Assembly (NCBI GenBank): GCA_051294905.1
Contig: CM119379.1
Location: forward strand, 20,150,001 to 20,183,000
Origin: Botryllus schlosseri
Taxonomy: Eukaryota
DNA length: 33,000 bases
Direction of reading: 5' to 3'
This document shows, one piece after another, positions 1 to 11,400 of the stretch; positions within the stretch are counted from its first letter, which is position 1, and every line of letters starts with the position of its first letter. The position numbers and the translations under genes are program-made. Below the pieces are notes generated by a model. The model was given only the letters and a program-made list of their open reading frames with translations, did not search any database and was not told where the DNA came from.

Positions 1-2476
1 ATGGCGATGGTGTCGTTGTAGTAAAACGTAGAATTAATCGACCTGCTGAATCTTGCGTTTTCCAAATAATTGGACGGGAAGACGCATTGCATTGCTGGGA
101 AAGACCGTGGGTGACGAGCACACCATGTAAAATAATTCGGGATTCATACACTTACTTTCACATTGAAAGCCGTCTATATCGGCAGACCACGTCCCGTCCG
201 ATTGGCAGGTGATGGAAAACACAGTGTCCGCGTTTTCACTGTTTTTCCGAGCACGGCCTTTATCGCATTCAAACACGAGCAATTCGTTAAAGGTTAACGA
301 AGCAGGCTCATGCAAAAGATGAGATCCGACTGGTGTGGAAATGTCCGGACATCTAGTGACTGCAAACAATTTTATACATCATCGGGCGTGAAGTTGCTAT
401 CGAAATTTCAATAAATTGCAGCTCCATTACGGTGGCGTTCTGAAGAAAACGGCTGATGCCAAAATTTTTACTTCGTTTTGCCCTTCAATTTGAGACCACA
501 TCGTATTTAGAGTGCAGTGCCCCTTTAATCTGACCACTGCTGCTATCCCGGTAAGACATCGTACTCTATCAATACCTTTACATTTGACATCTTCAGGACT
601 CCACCTCGCATTATCCGCACTGCATGTGATCGAAGTCTGTGCGATTCCGTTTTCCTGGTCGATCCAAAATCCTTTATCGCACACAATATCTCGTACATTG
701 CCGACGTAACTCCCACCAGATCTGATTACAGCGTTCTGAACGTACTCTGGTTGACCGCACATCACCTCTGTCGATTTTCAGTAATTTCAGTCTCGGTCAA
801 TAACAATCCACACACTTATCATACGTGTACACGTGACAGTATCCGGCGACGGAGACCATTCGCCGTCATTTTGACAATACAAGGTAGATGATAGCTTTCC
901 AGGAGTAATCCAATGCCCGCCATAGCATTTGTAGGTGATTCCATCTCCTATATTTGACATTGGCTTAGTATACCTTTCATGCTACCATACCTTATATCAC
1001 ATACTCACCAACTTTGTATTGGTAGTCCCACACTTTAGGTTCAGTCTGATAAGAAGATGGGACGTAACTAGGCGCGAGGCATGTCACCGCTATGAAATAA
1101 AATTGTAATCATTGAATAGTATATTCAATTGTATATTGAAGTTCTGTACCTCCAGGAAGCTTTTCAAAATTGTAATACTATATCAGAATTAGACGTGGTA
1201 CAATATTATGCATCAATTTTAAATCTTTGTAAATCTTGGCCCTCATTTACTGTGATAGCCACCACGTGATCGTTTTGAAATCAAAATAGTCAACAAACCA
1301 TTGGTTACAGCACATCTTGCATGGCTACCTAGGTCTAGAAACATTTTGTTCAATAGAAAGCCCGACCTTGACATGAGACACTTGCAACATTGGGTTTGAA
1401 CGAGCCATCGTTTTGACAGACTACAGTTGCTACAAATACACCAGGACTTATCCAATATCCTTCATCACATGTATACCTGTAAAAAGGGTACAGAAATATC
1501 CCAATAAAACAATTTGTGGTCATGATAGAACATTCATCACACTATCCATACCCGATAACATCATCGTATCCAATGACCGAGTCTATTTGATATGTTGCGT
1601 GTTCAACATCACCAGGATCTTGGCATTCGACAGCTGAAATGTAAAAGTTCATGACATTTGTCAAATCGGCTGTCTGAATGAGCGGATGTGACCAATTCAT
1701 TGAGTATTATATGTTTTACCACTAGTTTTAAGAGGGGTACGTTGATGTTGTTTTGCCTACTTACGTTTGCATTCAAATATAGAAGGATCCGGGTCCCAAA
1801 CACCATCTGCAGTACACTTAGTCATCCTGGAATATACAGCGATGTCCATCCAATACCCGATCGCGCAAGTGTATGTCACGGTCTTATCGTACGAAAAATC
1901 AGTGCCGACGATGTTAGCGTACAGAACAGTAGCGGGAGGGCGACACATCACAGCTGCAAATAATAAACATAGGGCTGTAATAATTGACGGAAAATGAAAA
2001 GACAATGTTCGATTCTTTGGAAATGGCAGAGTGTCTAGCAAAATGGCACGCCTCTGGATAACATTCATCATATAAATCCGAACACACTGAAATGGATATT
2101 AACTCCATTGGTGCGGTATTTGGGTGAGTAAAACTTGCGTTGTTTACCTATACATTCCACAGTGTCAAAAGAAGGATACCAATTCCCGGTGGCATCACAA
2201 ACAAACTTTTGTTTATCGGAAGTCTGTGAAATCCTCTTTCCCACTCCGCATTCGTAAATGACTTCAGCTCCGTACACAGTGCTTGGTGTCACTATTCAAC
2301 ATTCACATTTTAAGAAGCAAGCTTACAAAATACAAACGCTAGCTTACATAATTTGTGTGTTGTTCCTTCCAAGTCTGGTGGTTCTGAGCACCTTTGAAGG
2401 AAGCATTGGATGTCGCCAGCTGTTGGAGTCCAATATCCAAATCTCGTGCATGATATTGTCTCGGTAGGGGCCCCAT
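1..2476 (-). CDS. Sushi 5 C-half plus sushi 6-11 and the start of sushi 12
   Basis: Exons 2348-2476, 2148-2291, 1765-1953, 1367-1633 (split), 1009-1089 + 825-947, 576-767, 156-359, 1-94, all with CCP Cys/Trp spacing. Confidence 0.88.
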
Positions 2477-5400
2477 CTAAAAAATTAAGTGCAGGATTAT
2501 GTATTATAGGCTCCAACTTGCCTTGAGAAAACATTATGGCATATCTTGAATTTTTCAGTTTCATGTTGCAAGTCATTATATCTTACCAAGATAGGAGCAA
2601 ATATTATCAGTGGCGTCTTCTCCGCGGACATACCAGCTACTTGATGCGTCAGCGTATTGGTGCCCGGCTATTGCAATTAGATTGTCACTGTCGTTTACAG
2701 TTCTGTGATAAGTTAAATCAGTGACTGCATTCAATTAAAACTTCTTATTACATTTTATTGTTAAGAAAGAAAGATGTCAGACGTATACAATTCATGGCAC
2801 GATACGCTACCTTACTAGAACAGGTGGGTCCGAGTCTTTTATACTGAGCAAAACTTTGTTGCCACTGATAATAGGACAAGACCATTTCTGTCTAAAAAGA
2901 ACAGGGATATTCTACACACAGTTTCATTGGATACAGTATTCGTGGAAGCAGTTAAACTAGTTAAATTAGATGGATTTTACGTTTCGTCATTTATTCAGCA
3001 AGCTCATGGATTAAAAGATGCATAAGCAGTAAGTAAAACAGTAGATTAGATTAGGTTGGATTACATGAAGTCAAAATGCATTACAAACCTTGTCATCATA
3101 ATAGCCTTTTGACAGTTTGCAAACTATCATAATACTGCCAATAAAGGTCAAATAAAATGCAGAAAGACTAGGTACACAATCATCATCATCATTTATTACA
3201 ATTTTCATCAGTTGAAAAGAAGTGTGGAGTTAAAACAACTTGGAATTGCTTCATAGGCCAAAGGAGTTGCAATCACAAAACGTAGCATATAATATCCAAA
3301 CGAATTGATAAGAAACAAGAGAGATTATATTTTTCGAATCATTGATCTTGGTTGATACATTTTCAATGGTTTGTTTAAAATAATTACATACTTCGGCTCG
3401 GCGTGGTCACATCGACGGATGACAATATCGGCTGATTCATTTTCTGCTAGAGTAACAGATGCTCCGTCCTCCAATGACAAACACATCTAGCAGTACACTG
3501 GATTTAGTGCACGCAACACCACAATTCATGCTGCATAACAATCGCACCTTGGTTCCAACCATTCGAATTTGATCATCCCTTTCCCATATCCACGTGTACA
3601 AGTGATCCTTCCAATCACATTCACTGAACAAAGCTGCTTTGCTTCTGCTATCTATTCGCAGGCATTGTCCTCGATGTGCACTCATAATAACAAAACTACG
3701 TCGAAGTTCATGACCTTTAAGGAAAAGATTTCAAATCTTGTTGGCCCCCTGGCAGTTCACTCCCTTTGTTCTTACCTTCTTTATCGCAAGTATACTGAAG
3801 TGTGTCGGAAAACAAATATTGAGATACATTTCCTAACACAGCAGAGGTGTCTGGTTCGCTCTTTCCAGGCAATGGGCAAGTCACATCTGCCACAAAAATT
3901 TGGTTTAACATGGTGAAATACAATATGAAGTGACTGACACGTTGATAAAGAAGTATGACGTCGAATCACCTAAGTATGGAACAGTATGGAATCAAATGTA
4001 AAATTGCTCCAATAGAGTTTATATCCGTATGAACATAATGGCATCCGTCGTTTCGTTGAATTGAATAGTTAACTCAAAAACTAAAATTGGTGGTGTCTAT
4101 GAGCCAAAATTATGTCAATACTACCATCATGTTGTTGCTACCCATTACAAACTCAACCACTTTACACCAACGGCACAACCTATATAATAAACGCATACAG
4201 CATGAATAAAACTTACTTTCGCACCACGGCTCTGAAGGGTCCGGGTCCCATTTACCATATTTATCGCAAATAACGACTTTGTCGCGATCAATGTAGGCAT
4301 ATCCCAAGTCACAAATCACTATCAGCTTTGCATCATACCTAGTTACCAGATGGTTAAAATAAAGGAATATCCGAAGAAAATTCGTAACGGGAGCATACCT
4401 GTAGCTTGTAACAATCATATGTCCATGCGGAGGTTCAGAAGGTAGAGGACAGATAAGATCTTAATCGAACACAAAGAGATCACATTTCAACGTCAGCATT
4501 TTTACTGATTTACCATTTTACAACATTATCCGAGACCTTGAAACCAAAACAAGTCAAATTCAAGGAAATAAGTTAGATGCTACATACCGACGCAATCAAC
4601 GGTTTCCAACGGATTGGGTTCCCATGTTCCTTCGCCGGTGCATTCAAAACCGGTCACATTATGTAAGCCTTTTTCGATCCAATATCCGTCCAAGCACTCG
4701 TAAATGATTTGTGAGCCATAAGTGAATTCATTGCCAATGTACTTTGCATTTGGCGCACGAGGTGGGTAACCGCACGAGACGGCTAAAATATCATAGTCTA
4801 TTTTATAACTGGTGGTGGCGCATGAGAAGCAGTACTAACTCAAACATTGGAATGATTCCAGAGGTGGTTCCCATTTTTCTGTGGCTTGGCATTTACTAGA
4901 GAAATTTCTATGCTTTGCTGATGCGCCAATGCCGGTTCCGTAAACGCATTCGTAATAGACCGTGTCTTGATAACGGAACGTCGCAGGAGGCCTTGGTGTT
5001 AGCAGTGCCGCATTGGCAATAGTAATTGGATCAGGGCATATGAATCCTGAAAATGGGTCATAATATCCATTGAAGTATGATTAAAACCACGGTACATACG
5101 TACGTACATACATACGTACATATTGGGTGGATTATTTTAATGTCCATGTGAGGTTGTTAAAGGATATCATTATGTGATATAATAGTACAGATTTAAAAGA
5201 TCAATGCAATGTTACAATCTCAAGAAAAACTAGTAACTGCAACTGCGGTGGCATTTAACCACAGGTAAAATATGTAGTCTGCAAGTAATAACTAATATCA
5301 ATCCTTGATTACTTTCGCATGTCATAGTTGATGAATCAGGATTCCAAGTGGGTCCGAGAATAGGATCGCTCACACAAGCCAATTCAACTTCTGTGGCATT

Positions 5401-8400
5401 GGGATCCGCGCCAAATCCGAAACCGTGATAGCAACGAATAAGAACTCCGCGTCCGCCGATACGCCAATCTTCGAAAATCGTACGAGAATTCGGTGGTAGC
5501 GTAGGCTCGCGGCAAGTGTCAAGGATCTCTGTTGAAATTAAAAAGCTCAAATTTGTTAATGGATCATCGTGAAAAATGTCTTCATTCAATCATGTATGGC
5601 ACATCATATACACAAGCTGAATATGAAATCATCGCATCAGTACTACTGTAATTCCACATGAGGGGGTCGAAGTAAATGTTCCTGGGACTAAATTGGAAGT
5701 AAAAGTAACATCACAAATTTTTCTCTTTAAAAAGTAAAAGTAGCAATTTCCAGGAAAGTAAAACAGTGAATATCAGGGTTGTAATGACTCGAGACGTGCT
5801 TTTTTGGTGACTCGACTGGAATCGAGTCCTTTTTTGAAATGCGTAAAATGACTCGACTCGAGTCAATCTTAGTGGTGACTGGACTTGCACTCAAGTCATT
5901 ATGTATGACTCGAACTAAGTCATATTACTCGAGACTAAGGTGGCCAAGACGGACATTTCATTGTAACTTCGAAGAATAGTAAAGTTACCACATTATTGGT
6001 AATTCATCTATCAATTCTGATACTTGAAAAATAAGGCCAGAAACTGTTAAAATTGAGTAAAATTACTATATTATGAATACTATCCATTCTATATCATTCG
6101 AGCAGAGTTGAAAATAAGTGGGTCGAACTTGAAACTGAACATAATGACTTGGACTCGGACTCGAGTCAGAACACCACGACTCGGACTCGACCCTCTACTA
6201 GCTGACTTGGACTCTGACTTCGCTCGGTGGCGACTTGAAAATGACTCGAGTCAAAACTATAAAAGTGAGATTGACTTGTGACTCGGAACCTTGCGACTTG
6301 GTTACAACCCTAGTGAGTAATAGTGCAAGTAACGTAAAATCATCACCAATCGAGTGGTGCCGGTATGCAAAAGTACTTCGAAAAGTACTCCCACAAAGTC
6401 CGAATTTCGCTTACTCTTTTTGCACGCAAAGTAATGCGGATGGTGACAATTTCTTTCCTCGAATCCTACTTTGGCTTCGGACAGCAACGAAAATGTGACA
6501 CACCACCGAGTAAACTGCAAATCGCCCATCTTATTCTCACCATGCCGCCCCCTACCCATACAAAAATCACGATAACTTGAAGTCTCACCTAGATGAGTTA
6601 CTAATTACCTGTAGCACCAGGCAAACTTTGTGGGCTGGCCCCCACTGTCGCATACTGCTTCTCCGTTACCGAGATGAGTTATATCACATCCGTCATCTTT
6701 TACAGACATCACTGTGTAGTTGATGTGGTCGCTCCCTACCGCACATCTGCATCCATCGACAAATCCATCCTTGGTACCATCCGTCAAGTCCTTCTTATCA
6801 GCCCAAATACCGCCTATTCAAAATATGGGATGATCATAAGGTTCTTAATTCTATTATCATTACAAAGGATGCATATCGCTTTTCCGATAGTTGCATAATG
6901 CGCATTCAAAACAAATGGTACAAGCTATACATGCACAACTAAAGATTTTACCGAGCAATATGTGTGAGATCTTTCACGAATCAAACGTATTGTTTCAAAA
7001 ATTTTTCCAACCAAGTCACGAGTCACACAGTCAATCTTAAATGTGTAGGTATAGAGAGGATATAATGTTTGAGCTTTAAGGATGTTGGGGAATTTTCGCT
7101 GAAATGACCTCAGAATGACAAAGCTTTGTTGTTTGTGAAACATAACTTTTTTTCACCATTTATTGGGGCCCATGAATTCTATTTGCAGAGTCACATATCG
7201 CTGAAGATTAATTCAGACTTTTACAAAGCCTGAGCTAGTTTTCCTTAAACGATACGTTCATAATATATTTATGTATGGTTATAGTGATATTATATTGCCA
7301 ATGTTATTATGATGGCAGTTACAGACATGTTATAGCTGTTTTGTCGGCGACATATCATTGCTGAAGGAATTAACCACTTCGAAAACGTAAATAGAATGAA
7401 TCCAGGAAAAAGAGGATTAATATTGAAGATACGGCCTCTTATCAGTGTGTCTCCGAAGTTTCTAATGCTTCAACAAGTAGAATATTCGATGGCTTGAAAA
7501 TTTGTTTCTAAGTCATATCTATGTAACCACTTCCCAAATAATTGATTTCAAAATTGTACTATGGAACTAAGCGTTCCATTGCACCAGTTGCATCGAACAT
7601 CATGAAACAAGATCGATTCAAGGGCTGTAGATGATTTTTAAAGGCACAAATTTAGATGAGCACTTTGGTGTTGATCGCAGTGGAATAAGCATAACTTGAT
7701 ATCCAGATCAGAGCAACGATTAATGTAGATATATAACATTCAGTTATGAAGGTCACCTTTCAGAAAGCAGGATGCAGCAATATCGTTATCGTTAACAAAA
7801 GATCCCCGGTCGGTATCGGCATTACCACAAGAAGCATTTACGTTAGCGAGCTGACCACCCTTCTGAACCAGGAACAAATTTTCTGAACGTACAAACCTCA
7901 GTTGTGTTGGAATACTTGATAACAGCATTGTAAACCAACCTCCAGGCCTGTAACGATCGTCGCATACATAACGCAGCGAGTTTGCCGTTCTCCATTTCAT
8001 TTCACATGAATCTTCAAAATGTATCCCGGCAAGATGTAATCTGTCCCACGGTTCAACCTACTTAACACAAGTTGAGGACACATGAATCAAGGGTAATTGT
8101 AACGTAAGTCAACCCCATTAGCTAATTTGTAGCAGACTCAAGGCGCACATATAAATTTGTGAATGCAGTAAATTAACATCAATAGGATTTGTCACTCAAA
8201 TATGTAGTCTCGCGGTAGATCAACTGCTGACACAATGAACATCTTGCCTTGTCGTAGAGAAAATTATAACTGACACTCCTGAGTTTGATGTGGTATGGGT
8301 CCTTGGACCTGCAAATCCAGTGCTGCAACGGGTCGGTCAAATTGCAGGGGGTAACACGAATGCCTGGACCGACACCTAAACAACAAATCAAATTTACCTT

Positions 8401-11400
8401 TAGACTCACAGATTCAGAACAGATCAATTTAATTAGTAGTTTTTCATAACCGCTGCAATATGGTTACCATTCTGCTTCATAGAAAACCTGTGCATTTCCA
8501 TATGGAGAACTTTACTATAGCTGCATGTTAACAATCGATCTTTAGCCTGTGTTAAAGGTACTTAAATATTGACTTAAGACAAAAAAGATACCATTGCTGG
8601 AGGAGTCCGTAATAATATATGGCGCAGTCAAACAGCGTCCGCTAGCTACATGCATCAAGTGGTACGTCGAAGTCCAAACCCACTCCAAATCTTTCGAGTC
8701 GGCATAATCACACGAGCCACTGCGAAAGAACAGCACATTAACGCAAAATGCATCAAACAGCATATTCCATGCGATTCCTTTTGGTTCTGAAAATGTGTAG
8801 GCAACGTTACCTTCTTACGTAAAAGTGCTTCTCAAATCGATCGAATTGTCCGTAGGTGTGATTGCGTGTGTCTCCGTATATGCAACGTCTTTTGTATGGG
8901 AGTCGAGACTCTGGCAATTCTTCCGCTCCAATATTTGATATCATAAAAGTATCTGGGAACATAAGTTCAGAGGTGCTTCTACAATTTATTCACATATTCA
9001 GTATAGTGACAACAGCTTCAAGTTTTTTTGATATAATCCAACCAATATTTCGATAGTTCTTCAAGCCAGCTTAGCGGCTTTATATATTACTAGTTTTGTC
9101 GAGCACAAAGGAATGGTTTGTGTCTCGAAAACGTCATGACTGCATGGAATATGATTACAAAAGCTTTCTGGAGCAGTAGTATTACTCTAACTTGAATTGT
9201 ACAAATTTGTGATGTCTCGTTGGCTAAAGCAGGGCATGGTATGGTATGGAATGGAACGAGAATTTTCCATACTCCATACTTGCCCTACTCTCTCCATACC
9301 ATACTTGCAATTTTCCATACCATACCAACATTGTTCCATACCATACTTGATACATATTCCATACTTTCAAATACTTCAATATCATAAGTATAGTACCTTT
9401 TATAGCACCTATATTATTGATATCTCGGATGTCATTATTGCTTAAACTAGCGAATCTAATGCGAATCTAATTCCTGGTAATAGTTTTACAGAGTCTGTTT
9501 GGGTGAGGTTTAGTTCACTGTGGTGAGGTGTCATGTACGTCTACTCTACAGCTTCCGCGAGCGAAATGAGATAGTGAGCAGATCATTACGTCTACTCTAC
9601 AGCTTCCGCGAGCAAAATGAGATAGTGAGCAGATCATTATCTAGGACTGTCCATAAAAGGGACTTGCAACATACGGCCAGCGGGCCGGATGCGGCCCGCA
9701 ACAAGATTTTTTCCGGCCCGCGGACAGTTTCCCGTCTTACATAATAATGTGGCACGCGGCCCCAGTCTGCCAATATCCCCCCTACTTGCCTAAACGTCAA
9801 ATTTTAGTGACTGTATGTTATTATATAGGTGTGCGCACTGTGCAGCGTGCGAGAGTGGAGCTTACGCGTAAGTTCGTCGAAGCGAGAAGGCTTGCATTAT
9901 CGGCATTTACGATGTGCTGAACCCTAATGAATTGATTCTTGGTAAATTTTGGGTACCGGGCTTATCAAACGCTTTGAAATCATAATTAAGGATTGCACCG
10001 TGAGTTATTTGATCAGGGAGAAGCAGACACGGCGGCGCCTGTATGACAATGCTATTCTCAAATCAACATTGTATCGTCATTATCGGCGAGAAATGGCTTT
10101 GAAGTGACATTGCTGTCGATAGAATACATTCATTAAATACGATTTATTCCTGGTATACATGGGCGAATAATTTATCCATTAAGCAATCCGGCCCGCCAAG
10201 TACCTAATTTTCCTATTTCCGGCCCGCCCCTGTTCCATAAGGATATCATCTCATTTCCGGTACATTAGTATGAGGCACATGCAAGTTTGAAGTAAATACT
10301 CGCAAAATAATTTATAATATAGGCGCACCCATAAAATATCCCAGCTGCAGGCGATCAATACTGCAGCGATCTGCGTGATTATTAGTACAGTATTTGGTTG
10401 GGGTTAGCGTGGCGAGAATTCCAAACTATATCTACCCAACTCCCTGATCTATAATCCTACTGCGAGATCGTTTGAAGTATGACCAATAAGATATCTCGGT
10501 ATGTAAATAGTATAGATTTTTAGAATTTTTAGAATTTTAATACTGTGCACAGCAATGGCATAGAGTAAAGTGCGTTCTAGTGCAACTATGAATTATGATG
10601 CTATCGACAATTGACAAGTATTCATTATGACGTCACAAGCCGGCACGGCGGCACCTTTGTCTTCGTTGCTACATCGGATGTTACTGACGACTGACAGACT
10701 CTAGATTACTATAGATAACTAACCTACGGGTAGATTAGTAATCTATAGAGACCAGAAATGGCCAACCTTTTCGGCTAAAGGGACGCATGAAATTGACGAA
10801 CGAGCGCGCAGTCCACTAGCCGCGCCAAGCGGGTAATATTTTCAAAGTTTATAAATAAACTAGGTCAATAATATTATTACTTGAGTATACTGCGGGTCTA
10901 CTGTATACCGCCCGCTGGGCTCAGTTTGCAAAGACACGACTATTCGGTGTCTGGCCACATCGATATCGAAGGTCTCCGATACTATGCGACAACTATATGC
11001 CTACATTTCACCGTCGACGATCTTTATGCGAGCGCAAACGCGAAAAGACTTTCTCCCGTAATTGCGAATACAGTTAGACTCAGTCGGGTAAATTAGGCGT
11101 TGTTTTTTTTCATTTTCAGTAGGGGGTAGGCTACCAAGCAAGAAATCGTGTCACAATTAAACACGCGAAGCGTGAAGACAAATTTCACTACTATTTTAGT
11201 ATATCGTAATGTTGTATTGTAATGTACGACGATTTACTGAGAATGTGACTATACCCTGGATCTGCCAATGCGTCGGAACTGATATTTCAATCATCAACAT
11301 CCCAAGTGTCGCAGCCAGACTTGTAATTTTTGGTTGGCACTGCAATTTCACAATCTGAGCAATTCATTTTCGATAATACAATAGCAAATTACCTCGCGGG

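Noticed and set aside
10698-10750. Short inverted repeat TAGATTACTA...TAGTAATCTA
   Set aside because: Only a 10-15 bp AT-rich stem inside TE-derived sequence; no RNA-gene features.
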